Shown: positions 7,869-16,738 of the stretch, piece by piece
Layout of the letters: the number at the start of each line of letters is the position of its first letter
Numbering within the stretch: position 1 is the stretch's first letter
From: Candidatus Heimdallarchaeota archaeon
GTDB taxonomy: Archaea > Asgardarchaeota > Heimdallarchaeia > JABLTI01
Direction: 5' to 3'
Assembly: GCA_030614005.1 (NCBI GenBank)
Contig: JAUWKS010000013.1
Span: forward strand, 38,337 to 62,336
Length of the DNA stretch: 24,000 nucleotides
Notes under the pieces: generated by a model
Databases searched by the model: none
What the model was told of the DNA's origin: nothing
The model's input: only the letters and a program-made list of their open reading frames with translations
Translations under genes and position numbers: made by a program

Positions 7869-8756
7869 TTATTTTTTCTTCTTAACGATTTCGACCATTT
7901 TCTTTATATGTTCTGTAGTGGTTCCACAGCATCCTCCAAGAACTTCAACACCAAGTTTTTGGATTTCTAGCATATCATTAGCAAACCTAGCAGGATCGAT
8001 TGGGTAGAGATTTTTACCTGCGACAGTCAATGGTGCACCAGCAGTAGGTTGTACGATAACTGGTTTCGTTGCAACATTTTTGATCTCCTTAGCTAGTCCT
8101 ATCATTTCATAGCTACCAAGTGTACAACCGCAACCAACAACATCTGCTCCGGCTTTTTCCAAACGAGTAATGGACTCTTTCACATCCATATTACACAAAG
8201 GTGTTCGATATCCTTCAGCAAATTTGTCAAAAGTCATTGCTACGATAATAGGTAAATCACTTGTTTCTTTTACACTCTTAATGGCTTCTTCCGCTTCTTC
8301 GATGTAATACATTGTTTCAATACTAAACAAATCTACATCTGCTTTCGTTAGGGCTTCGATTTGCTCATCAAAAGCTTCACGGAACATTGCTAACGTATAG
8401 TCTCCACCATCACGTTCTAAAAGCACTGCATTAGGACCAACATTTCCAGCAACAAAACCATTTTTTGGGCAAACACTTCTAGCAATCTCTACCTGACGGG
8501 TATTGATTTGTTGAATCTTTCCTTCGAGTTTTTTACCTAGGCCAATAATAGTTGCACCATATGTATTTGTGTGGATAGCATCAACACCGGCATCAAAATG
8601 TGCTTTATGTATCTCTGCAATAATCTCTGAAAAGTAAGCTGAAAATCTTTCTGCAGAATCGCCTAGTACTAATCCTTTCTCAAGGAGCTCTGTTCCCATT
8701 GCTCCGTCAAAGAAAACGGTTCGTTCTTCTATTAGATCAAGTATTGTTTTCTTCAT
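7869..8756 (-). CDS. Homocysteine S-methyltransferase domain protein (MetH N-domain / MmuM-like, Zn-dependent)
   Basis: FFDGAMGTEL, TNTYGA and the C-terminal Zn-ligand motif GGCCGTTTEHI. I prefer the ATG at 8756 (GGTGA 6 nt upstream) over the track TTG at 8792, which lies only ~20 nt from the TTTTAAAA TATA-like element at 8809-8816. Confidence 0.85.
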   Translation of the reverse strand: MKKTILDLIEERTVFFDGAMGTELLEKGLVLGDSAERFSAYFSEIIAEIHKAHFDAGVDAIHTNTYGATIIGLGKKLEGKIQQINTRQVEIARSVCPKNGFVAGNVGPNAVLLERDGGDYTLAMFREAFDEQIEALTKADVDLFSIETMYYIEEAEEAIKSVKETSDLPIIVAMTFDKFAEGYRTPLCNMDVKESITRLEKAGADVVGCGCTLGSYEMIGLAKEIKNVATKPVIVQPTAGAPLTVAGKNLYPIDPARFANDMLEIQKLGVEVLGGCCGTTTEHIKKMVEIVKKKK

Positions 8757-8926
8757 AATTTTCACCAAAACTACAACTTTTTTCTTTCCCAATAGTAATT
8801 GTTTCTAGTTTTAAAAAACGTTCCTCAAGAGGAATAGGTGAAGAGAAATAATCAAAACTTTGTTAAAGTGAAATAAACCTTATTCTAAGGTAGTTGAAAT
8901 TAACCTTTCAATCCAAGTTGATTGTA

Positions 8927-11032
8927 ATGAAGAAACTAGCTATTGGTATTGATATAGGTGGAACGTTCACAGATATTATTATCCAAAACAAAGACTCTGG
9001 CGATATTATCAAACAGCTAAAGGTTGCAACAATACTCAAAAACCCCGAAGAAGCCATAATTGCTAGCTTACAACAAGAACTAATCAGTGAAGACATAGAC
9101 TTTGTCCAACAAATCTATCATGCAACAACTATTGCAACAAATGCTTTTCTTGGTCAAGTAAATTTGGAGTTACCAAAAACAGCGCTCGTAACAACGAAAG
9201 GTTTTCGAGATATATTAGAAATAGGTCGACAAAGAAGAGCCTCTCTCTATGACTTTTCTTTTGAGAGACCAAAACCCATTATTCCTAGACGTTTTAGATT
9301 TGAAATTAAAGAGCGATTAAACCACAAAGGAGAAATAATCTGCCCTATTGAATTAGATATTCTACCAAAAATAAGTGCCGCTATCAAACAAGAAAATATC
9401 AGTAGCGTTGCAATTACTCTTCTCCACTCATATAAGAACTCAATCCACGAACAAAAAATCAAAGAATACTTTGAGAAAAATCACAAAGATCTTTATATTT
9501 CAACTAGCTTTGAAGTTTCTCCTGAACACAGAGAGTTTGAACGAACAAGCACAACAGCAATAAATGCAATATTAATGCCGATAGTTTCTAGATACATAAA
9601 TTCGTTGGCAGAATCATTTAGAGAATTTGGTTTTAAAGCTCCTTTGTTCATAATGCAAAGTAATGGTGGAGTCAGTAAATCAGATCAAATACAAAAATTG
9701 CCTGTAAGTATAATTGAAAGTGGCCCATCAGCTGGCGTAGTTGCTTCTCGATTTTATGCTGAATTCCTTGATCTTAATAGAGTACTTTCTTTTGACATGG
9801 GTGGCACAACCGCAAAAGCAGGTTCAATTGTAAATAAAACGATTACTTTAACCTCCGAATATGAAATAGGTGGCGATGTACATAGCGGTCGAATAACAAA
9901 AGGAAGTGGTTATCCTGCAAGATTTCCATTCATTGATTTAGCTGAAATTTCGTCTGGTGGAGGATCAATTGCTTGGGTAGATAACGGAAATGCTTTGCGC
10001 GTTGGACCAATTAGCGCTGGGTCAGAACCAGGACCCGTCTGTTATAATCAGAATGGTATTGATCCCACAATTACTGATGCAAATCTAGTTCTAGGTCGGT
10101 TAAACCCTGAAGGCTTGCTCAATAAAACATTTAAAATATTTCCTGAATTATCAAAGAAAAGTATAAAGAAGAAAATAGCTTCAAAAATAGATCTGAGTGT
10201 CACTGAAAGTGCACTGGGAATCATTGAAATTGCTAATATAAATATGAGTCGTATTTTACGAATAGTAACAGTTGAACGTGGATTAGACCCAAGAGATTTC
10301 ATTTTAATTGCTTTTGGTGGTGCAGGACCATTGCACGCGTGTGCCTTAGCTAATGAGCTTGAAATGACTCATATAATAATTCCAAATAATCCTGGACTTT
10401 TCTCGGCAATGGGATTACTGTTCACTGATGTAAAGCATACAAATGTAAAATCAATAAGAGAAAAGATTGAGAATCTTGATTACCTGATGATTGAAAATGA
10501 ATTTGGAAAATTGGAAGAAAAGGGAATTGCTGTTTTAGATGATGAGGGTTTCAAAGGAAAAGATATAATACATCAGAGATTTGCAGAATTACGGTATGTA
10601 GGACAAGGTTTTGAATTATTAGTTCCACTTTCAGACATTAAATTAGTAGCTGATAATACCTCTTCTAAAATTGAGAAGCTCTTTAATCAGAAACATAAAA
10701 TAATTTACGGTTACATTATGGAAAATGAAGAGGTTGAAGTGGTAAATATAAGAGTTAATAGTCTTGGTCTTATCAAAAAACCAATTCTAAAGAAAGTCAA
10801 ACCTGGAGAGAAAAAGCCAATAAAAGAAGCTATAGTTGATCATAGGCAAGTATTATTCGACAAACAAAAGGAATATATTCAAACACCAATTTATGATCGA
10901 ACAAAACTTCTAGCAAAGAATGAAATTGCTGGTCCTGCCATAATAGAACAATACGATTCAACAACAATCCTTCCCCAAAACTGGAAAGCAAAAGTGGATG
11001 AATTTGGGTTAATTCATTTGCATAGGATGTGA
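8927..11032 (+). CDS. hyuA: Hydantoinase/oxoprolinase family A subunit (N-methylhydantoinase A / acetone-carboxylase-beta-like)
   Basis: N-terminal ATPase motif IGIDIGGTFTD, a second phosphate loop FDMGGTTAK, and GGAGPLHA. The start is uncertain between TTG 8894 and ATG 8927; the family normally starts just before the IGIDxGGTFTD motif. Confidence 0.9.
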   Translation: MKKLAIGIDIGGTFTDIIIQNKDSGDIIKQLKVATILKNPEEAIIASLQQELISEDIDFVQQIYHATTIATNAFLGQVNLELPKTALVTTKGFRDILEIGRQRRASLYDFSFERPKPIIPRRFRFEIKERLNHKGEIICPIELDILPKISAAIKQENISSVAITLLHSYKNSIHEQKIKEYFEKNHKDLYISTSFEVSPEHREFERTSTTAINAILMPIVSRYINSLAESFREFGFKAPLFIMQSNGGVSKSDQIQKLPVSIIESGPSAGVVASRFYAEFLDLNRVLSFDMGGTTAKAGSIVNKTITLTSEYEIGGDVHSGRITKGSGYPARFPFIDLAEISSGGGSIAWVDNGNALRVGPISAGSEPGPVCYNQNGIDPTITDANLVLGRLNPEGLLNKTFKIFPELSKKSIKKKIASKIDLSVTESALGIIEIANINMSRILRIVTVERGLDPRDFILIAFGGAGPLHACALANELEMTHIIIPNNPGLFSAMGLLFTDVKHTNVKSIREKIENLDYLMIENEFGKLEEKGIAVLDDEGFKGKDIIHQRFAELRYVGQGFELLVPLSDIKLVADNTSSKIEKLFNQKHKIIYGYIMENEEVEVVNIRVNSLGLIKKPILKKVKPGEKKPIKEAIVDHRQVLFDKQKEYIQTPIYDRTKLLAKNEIAGPAIIEQYDSTTILPQNWKAKVDEFGLIHLHRM

Positions 11033-11036
11033 AGCT

Positions 11037-12674
11037 GTGAAAGAAAATCAAGTAGATATCATTACTCGAGAGGTCATTCGTGGAGGATTAGAATTTACTG
11101 CAGAAGAAATGGGTATCATTTTACGAAACGCAGCGTATAGTACCAATATTAAGGAAAGAATGGATCACAGTTGTTCTTTATTCGATTACAAAGGACGAAT
11201 GTTAGCTCAAGCAGAGCATATACCTGTACATCTCGGTGCTATGCCGCTTACTGTGAAGAGTGTTATAGCAACTTTTGAAGGTGAAATCAAACCTGGGGAT
11301 TCATTTATTCTAAACGACCCATATTTAGGTGGAACTCATCTGCCTGATATTACTATTGTTACACCGATATTTTATCAAAAAGAATTGGTTGGTTATTCTG
11401 TAAGTAGAGCACATCACAATGATGTTGGTGGGATGGTTCCAGGATCAATGCCCGGAAATGCTACCGAAATATTCCAAGAAGGGCTGAGGATTCCTCCGGT
11501 AAAAATCGTTCAAAAAGGCGTTGTTAACAAAGATATCCTAGATATTATAATGATTAATTCTCGAACGCCTAAACTACGAAAAGGAGATTTAATGGCTCAA
11601 CTGTCTGCAAATTGGACCGGAGAGAAACGATTAATAGAATTAATTCAGCGAAAAGGATTAAAAACATATAAATTAGCTGTTGATGAAATCTTGAATTATT
11701 CTGAAAGAAGATTTCTAGCAATTATTAAGAATTTTCCAGACAAAGAAGCTGAAGGCATCGACTTTATGGATGACGATGGGATTAGTGATGAACGAATCAA
11801 ACTCGTTGTCAAAGTAAAGAAAATTAAAAACCATCTGACTTTTGATTTCACAGGTACTTCTAAACAAGTACGAGGTGCTGTTAATTGCCCAATTGCTGTA
11901 ACATTATCTGGTGCTTATTTTGTTTTACGATCAATAACTGATCCAACAATACCTGCAAATGAAGGGTTATATCGTCATTTAACAGTTATTGTTCCAGAAG
12001 GGTCAATATTAAATGCCAAATCTCCCGCGGCTGTTGTCGGAGGAAACGTAGAAACATCTCAAAGAGTTGTTGATACTTTGCTAAAAGCATTTTCAAATAT
12101 TCTTCCAGATATAATTCCTGCAGCATCACAAGGAACAATGAATAATCTCATCATAGGTGGAATGGATGTAAATAATCACCCCTTTACTTTTTATGAAACA
12201 ATCGGCGGTGGAAGCGGAGGTACTCCAAGCAAAGATGGTGTTGATGGAATACATACCAATATGACGAATACTATGAATACACCCATCGAGGAAATCGAAG
12301 CAAGATATCCACTAAGAGTTCTGGAATATTCATTGAGAAATAATAGCTCTGGTAAAGGCAAGTATCGTGGTGGTATTGGAATAATTAGAGCATTTCAAAC
12401 GGAAGTGCCTGTGATAATTAGTCTTCTGGGTGAAAGGCAAAAAACCGCTCCTTGGGGATTACAAGGAGGAAAAGATGGAAAGCAAGGAGAATATTACAAA
12501 ATTACTACTGGGAATGAAAAAATAGTTTTACCAGGAAAAGGCACTTTTACATTAGACGCTGGAGAAGTAATCGTTATTGAAACCCCTGGAGCCGGTGGCT
12601 GGGGTAAACCAAAGGAAAGAAGTAAAGCAAGATTAGCTGAAGATACATTAGATGAAAAAGTATTTGAAAAATAA
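11037..12674 (+). CDS. hyuB: Hydantoinase/oxoprolinase family B subunit
   Basis: Begins 4 nt after the A-subunit stop (GTG start). It has the DIITREVIRGGL... opening typical of Hydantoinase_B, and the motifs NDPYLGGTHLPD and GGGSGG. Confidence 0.9.
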   Translation: MKENQVDIITREVIRGGLEFTAEEMGIILRNAAYSTNIKERMDHSCSLFDYKGRMLAQAEHIPVHLGAMPLTVKSVIATFEGEIKPGDSFILNDPYLGGTHLPDITIVTPIFYQKELVGYSVSRAHHNDVGGMVPGSMPGNATEIFQEGLRIPPVKIVQKGVVNKDILDIIMINSRTPKLRKGDLMAQLSANWTGEKRLIELIQRKGLKTYKLAVDEILNYSERRFLAIIKNFPDKEAEGIDFMDDDGISDERIKLVVKVKKIKNHLTFDFTGTSKQVRGAVNCPIAVTLSGAYFVLRSITDPTIPANEGLYRHLTVIVPEGSILNAKSPAAVVGGNVETSQRVVDTLLKAFSNILPDIIPAASQGTMNNLIIGGMDVNNHPFTFYETIGGGSGGTPSKDGVDGIHTNMTNTMNTPIEEIEARYPLRVLEYSLRNNSSGKGKYRGGIGIIRAFQTEVPVIISLLGERQKTAPWGLQGGKDGKQGEYYKITTGNEKIVLPGKGTFTLDAGEVIVIETPGAGGWGKPKERSKARLAEDTLDEKVFEK

Positions 12675-12790
12675 GCCTTAAAAGTAGTTTTTTGATAAAA
12701 AGTGCTAAATCTAAAGATTTATTTTCTCATAACTGACAAAATTGTGTAAGAAACGTTTGAGTTTAGCGTTTCGTATCGGAGCAATGCATA

Positions 12791-14773
12791 GTGACCACGC
12801 CAGCTAAGGGAGATAAGATAAAAACAAAAACCCCCTACAAGACGCAACCCGATCTTGATAAAATCATTTCAGGTGGTAATTGGTACAAAAAACTCATTGA
12901 AACAATGGATGATGGAATTATTGCTACAGATATGAATAGAATTATTATTTATGTTAACCCTGCTGCTTGTAAAAAATTAGGTTATACTGAAGAAGAATTA
13001 CTTGGAAAAAGCTCTTTAGAAATTGTTGTTGAAGAAGATCGCGCTAGAGTCACTCGAGAATCAGCAATACGCTTTAGTGAAAAAGTCTCTACACAATATG
13101 AAATTACTTTTAAAACAAAAGTTGGCTCAAAATTTCCCGTTCTGATTAGTGGTTCACCAATTTTGGATGAGAATAATCAAACACTTGGCACTTATGCATT
13201 AATTACTGATATCAGAGATAGAAAGGTTGTAGAAAAAGAGTTACGGGATAAGAATAATGAATTACAAAATCTCTATAACAATTTATTGGAGTTATATCAG
13301 CAACTGGGTGCAATAATCGCAGAGACAACTACAGTACCCTCAACTGAAATTTTGCTTTTCACCTCCAAGCATTGTGTGTATTGTGCACCTGCAGAAGAGG
13401 TCCTACAACAGGTACTTGCTTCTTACGCTGGAAAAATCACTTACAGAAAAGTGGATATTGATGAAGAGCCTGAGTTGGCAGCAGAACATGAGATTCTTTC
13501 CCTCCCAACAATTGCAATTGGCGAAGAACAACTAACTTCTGTTCCTGATATCTATAAATTACATTCAGCATTATTCAGTGCATTAGTGCCCGAAGAAAAG
13601 TTCAGAAGAACAAGACAAGAATTAGATAATATTATTGATAATTCACCTGTTGCTATTTTTACTATAAATTCTAAAGGAACGGTTACCAAAAGTAATCCTC
13701 TTGTCGGGATACTGACCGGTGTGGAATTACAAGACATTACAGGTCATGATGCACTAAATCCAGAAAAGAATGGAGAATCACTATTTCCAAAATCACTCAT
13801 TAAGCTTTTTAAGAAAGGCCTAAAAGGTAAGACAATAACTGAAGATCGTTTACGTATCAAAGACTATTCCTCTGAGAAAGATGATCCATTTTCAATTGTT
13901 AGTTTCAAAGTAGTTCCAATGGCTACTAAAGAGGGAGAAATAAACGAAATTCTTGTCTTATGTGAAGATGTCACTAAACTGGCTATGCAAGAAGAAGCAT
14001 TGAGTGAATCCTATACCAAATTAGAAGACCTGAATGACAAGCTTTTACAATTAAATAAAGATAGGTCGAATTTTGTTGAACTTACTTCGACTAAACTTTT
14101 AGAACCATTAAGAAACTCAAGAGAGTTGATAGATACTATTCTTCGTGGGCAATTAGGCATGCTGAGTGAAGAACTATTTGGCACAATGGAATTTCTGAGA
14201 AATAACTTAGAAAAAGTATCAAAAAGTATTTTTGGCATTATAGAATTTTCAAATATAGAAGCACAAGACTTCAGTTTGAAACTTGATGAACATAACCTTA
14301 AGGATCTTATTTCACAAACAACTAGTTTAGTTGGGTCTGTAGGTATACAAAAAAGCTTTATTGGGACAATTGAACTTTCTAATGAAGTCACTGTTTGGTG
14401 TGACTCTGAACAAATTATTCGTGTTTTAAGAAACTTAGTTTTGAATGCTATCCAATTCACTCCTATAAATTGTAACATTCACTTTTCAGCTGAAGATAAG
14501 AATGGTCTTGTTGCTGTTTATTTGAAGGATAACGGTTTTGGTATTGCTAAGAAAGATCTTAAAAGAATATTTGAGCAATATGTAAAAACTGATCCCGAAA
14601 GTTCTGGGTCGGGTTTAGGGTTATCCATGGTAAAAAGTTTAGTGGAAGCTCACGGAGGAACCGTTAGAGCAGAATCGGAAGGCAAAAACAAAGGTTCAAC
14701 GTTTATGTTTACTTTGCCAACCAATAAAGCATCATATGAAAAACTAATCTCTAAGAAAGAGAAATCAAATTAG
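12791..14773 (+). CDS. PAS - thioredoxin-fold (CxxC) - PAS - degenerate HisKA - HATPase_c sensor protein (histidine-kinase-like, H-box His absent)
   Basis: PAS1 runs from YKKLIETMDDGIIATD to ALITDIRDRK. A Trx fold follows: ILLFTSKHCVYCAP...ILSLPTIAIG. PAS2 runs from IIDNSPVAIFTIN to VLCEDVTK. The DHp-like helix SNFVELTSTKLLEPL sits where SHELRTPL is expected. HATPase boxes are intact: N (VLRNLVLNAIQFT), G1 (DNGFGI), F (IFEQY), G2 (GSGLGLSMV). GTG start with GGAG upstream. Confidence 0.85.
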   Translation: MTTPAKGDKIKTKTPYKTQPDLDKIISGGNWYKKLIETMDDGIIATDMNRIIIYVNPAACKKLGYTEEELLGKSSLEIVVEEDRARVTRESAIRFSEKVSTQYEITFKTKVGSKFPVLISGSPILDENNQTLGTYALITDIRDRKVVEKELRDKNNELQNLYNNLLELYQQLGAIIAETTTVPSTEILLFTSKHCVYCAPAEEVLQQVLASYAGKITYRKVDIDEEPELAAEHEILSLPTIAIGEEQLTSVPDIYKLHSALFSALVPEEKFRRTRQELDNIIDNSPVAIFTINSKGTVTKSNPLVGILTGVELQDITGHDALNPEKNGESLFPKSLIKLFKKGLKGKTITEDRLRIKDYSSEKDDPFSIVSFKVVPMATKEGEINEILVLCEDVTKLAMQEEALSESYTKLEDLNDKLLQLNKDRSNFVELTSTKLLEPLRNSRELIDTILRGQLGMLSEELFGTMEFLRNNLEKVSKSIFGIIEFSNIEAQDFSLKLDEHNLKDLISQTTSLVGSVGIQKSFIGTIELSNEVTVWCDSEQIIRVLRNLVLNAIQFTPINCNIHFSAEDKNGLVAVYLKDNGFGIAKKDLKRIFEQYVKTDPESSGSGLGLSMVKSLVEAHGGTVRAESEGKNKGSTFMFTLPTNKASYEKLISKKEKSN

Positions 14774-14817
14774 TTACTGGTTCTTTTTATATAACTTTGT
14801 TTTGTTAGTCAGAAACG

Positions 14818-14826
14818 TTTTATATA
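14818..14826 (+). promoter_or_regulatory. BRE/TATA promoter of the aldo/keto reductase gene
   Basis: AGAAACG (purine-rich, BRE-like) is immediately followed by TTTTATATA, 38 nt upstream of the ATG at 14856. A second copy of TTTTATATA lies at 14785-14793. Confidence 0.4.
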
Positions 14827-14855
14827 GACGCAATATTGTGATACGGTGATAAAAA

Positions 14856-15989
14856 ATGCAATATCGTACTTTAGGCAAAACAGGACGAAAAGTATCAGTA
14901 CTAGGTTTTGGCGCAATGCGTTTACCCACAATAAAACTTGGGGAACAAGCAATCAAACATGATGAAGCAATAGAATTGATAAGAAAAAGCATAGATGCTG
15001 GAGTAAATTATGTTGACACAGCATATAATTATCATAGCGATGAAAGTGAGCTTGTTGTAGCAAAAGCATTGAAGGATGGTTATCGAGAGAAAGTTACTCT
15101 TGCAACAAAAGCACCAATTTGGAAGAAAGAGTACGATAAAGAAGAAAGCTTTGATAAATATCTCAATGAACAATTGAAAAAATTAGAAGTAGAAACGATA
15201 GATGTGTATCTTTTCCATGCTTTAAATACTAAAACATGGAAGAAACTGAATGAAATAAAAGGAATTGAAAGTGCAAAGAAAGCTAAAGCAGCAGGAAAAA
15301 TAAATCACTTGGCCTTTTCATTCCATGATAAACCAGAGCTTCTGAAAGAGATAATTGATTCTGAAGCATTTGAGGTAATGCTTGTACAGTACAATATTCT
15401 TGATACTGTAAATGAAGAAATGATCAAGTATGCATCTGAAAAAGGGATTGGTGTAGTTGTAATGGGTCCAGTAGGAGGAGGCCGACTTGCTGGTGTTCCA
15501 CCTGAGAAACTAGAACAATACTTGTTACCAGGGAAGAAGAATTTTGCTGATTTAGCATTAAGGTATGTTTGGAATAATCCATACGTTGACGTTGCATTAT
15601 CTGGTATGGGTACAGATGAAATGGTAGAGGAAAATCTCGCTTTGGCTTCTAACGAAGAGTACACTTTAACAGATACTCAGAAAAAAATGGCTGATGAATT
15701 AGGTGTCAAATTTAAAGGATTGACAGATAACCTTTGTACAAACTGTAAATATTGTATGCCGTGTGAACAAGAAGTAAATATTGCATTCATCTTTCAAGCA
15801 CTGATAAATTACCAAGTTTACGGACAAGAAGACGAAGCGAAAAGAAGGTACAGCATAATAGGTAAAGAAGATTGGGCTTCTGGAAAAAATGCTGAAGCTT
15901 GCACAGAATGTGGTGAGTGTTTAGAAAAATGCCCGCAGAAAATACCTATTATTGATCAATTAAAGAAAGCACACGAAATCCTGACTTAA
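14856..15989 (+). CDS. Aldo/keto reductase with C-terminal Fe-S cluster-binding domain
   Basis: The MQYRTLGKTGRKVSVLGFGAMRLP opening is typical of AKRs, with DTAYNYH following. The C-terminus has CTNCKYCMPC and CTECGECLEKCP (CxxCxxCxxxCP ferredoxin motif). Confidence 0.9.
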   Translation: MQYRTLGKTGRKVSVLGFGAMRLPTIKLGEQAIKHDEAIELIRKSIDAGVNYVDTAYNYHSDESELVVAKALKDGYREKVTLATKAPIWKKEYDKEESFDKYLNEQLKKLEVETIDVYLFHALNTKTWKKLNEIKGIESAKKAKAAGKINHLAFSFHDKPELLKEIIDSEAFEVMLVQYNILDTVNEEMIKYASEKGIGVVVMGPVGGGRLAGVPPEKLEQYLLPGKKNFADLALRYVWNNPYVDVALSGMGTDEMVEENLALASNEEYTLTDTQKKMADELGVKFKGLTDNLCTNCKYCMPCEQEVNIAFIFQALINYQVYGQEDEAKRRYSIIGKEDWASGKNAEACTECGECLEKCPQKIPIIDQLKKAHEILT

Positions 15990-16021
15990 TTAATTAATAA
16001 GACTAATAAAAATAAAAAAAC

Positions 16022-16039
16022 AGCAGTTGAGAAACTGCT
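16022..16039. terminator. Bidirectional intrinsic-terminator-like hairpin between convergent genes
   Basis: AGCAGTT-gaga-AACTGCT, a perfect 7-bp stem. On the minus strand it is followed by G-TTTTTTT (plus-strand A7 at 16014-20). On the plus strand it is followed by tctatctttcttttt. Confidence 0.6.
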
Positions 16040-16054
16040 TCTATCTTTCTTTTT

Positions 16055-16738
16055 CTATCTCATCCATTGTGCTACTTTGACTCCTTTCCAACGTTTTATC
16101 TCGCCGTTTTTCATACCGATGAAATCAGGAATCATTCTGAGGATAATGAGTATTGTGCACCCCCAACTAAAAACCATTATTGGCCACGTATGCCAATGAG
16201 TTCCATCAAGCAAGGAAAATTGTCCTACTAGATAGAAAATAGTGTATGTTGTCGCAACGGATACTGTTGCCATTATACCTGCTATTCCACTATATCTGAT
16301 AATTATTAACCAAACAAGTAATGAAACCCACCAAACAAGGATACCCCATGGATTGATTACAATCATGACACCAGTTAATACTGCAAATCCTTTGCCTCCT
16401 TGAAATTTCATCCAAGGCATCCAACAATGTCCCGCAAATGCTGCAATACCACACAGAGCAGCTAGTAAATCCAAATTCACTGGTTCTAAAGATGTTAGAG
16501 TACTGAAAAAGATATATCGAGTTAATAATGTGCCAAGAAAGCCTTTTGTAATATCTAAAGACATAGTTAAAATCGCCCAACTATAACCCGCTGTTCGTAC
16601 AGTGTTTCTAGTGCTAACGGAACCTGAACCTTCATTTCGCACATCTTTTCCAGTAACTAATTTAACAATAATCCAAGCAAATGGAATCGAACCGAAAAAG
16701 AACCCAATAATTGGTGCTAAAATATAAGGATAAATCAT
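16055..16738 (-). CDS. plsY: PlsY-family glycerol-3-phosphate acyltransferase (acyl-phosphate dependent), bacterial-type
   Basis: GFFFGSIPFAWIIVKL...GKDVRNEGSGSVSTRNTVR, DITKG and GHCWMPWMKFQGGKGFA align with the three PlsY motifs (GSGNxGATNxxR, DxxKG, GHxxPxxxxFxGGKG). I prefer the ATG at 16738 (AGGAG 9 nt upstream) over the TTG at 16744. Confidence 0.8.
   Translation of the reverse strand: MIYPYILAPIIGFFFGSIPFAWIIVKLVTGKDVRNEGSGSVSTRNTVRTAGYSWAILTMSLDITKGFLGTLLTRYIFFSTLTSLEPVNLDLLAALCGIAAFAGHCWMPWMKFQGGKGFAVLTGVMIVINPWGILVWWVSLLVWLIIIRYSGIAGIMATVSVATTYTIFYLVGQFSLLDGTHWHTWPIMVFSWGCTILIILRMIPDFIGMKNGEIKRWKGVKVAQWMR

Noticed and set aside
6797-8007. ORFs 6797-6988 (+) and 7825-8007 (+) spanning spacers and gene ends
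   Set aside because: Each mostly overlaps the 3' part of a well-supported minus-strand gene (PAC2, methyltransferase), and each also runs through a predicted terminator hairpin.
7869-12674. Homocysteine methyltransferase divergent from hydantoinase A/B, considered as a novel pathway cluster
   Set aside because: All three are common, well-known families. The divergent arrangement gives no specific functional link, so I treat it as ordinary metabolism.
14011-14478. 155-aa antisense ORF inside the kinase-like gene, the longest shadow ORF
   Set aside because: The opposite strand encodes an uninterrupted DHp/HATPase region with canonical boxes. The antisense translation has no motifs and a skewed S/L/F/I composition.
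15305-15664. 119-aa antisense ORF inside the aldo/keto reductase gene
   Set aside because: Same reasoning. The sense strand is a well-supported AKR, and the antisense peptide is S/P/T-rich filler.
16290-16580. 96-aa ORF on the same strand as plsY but in another frame
   Set aside because: It is entirely internal to the PlsY reading frame, which carries all three family motifs. There is no independent start signal.
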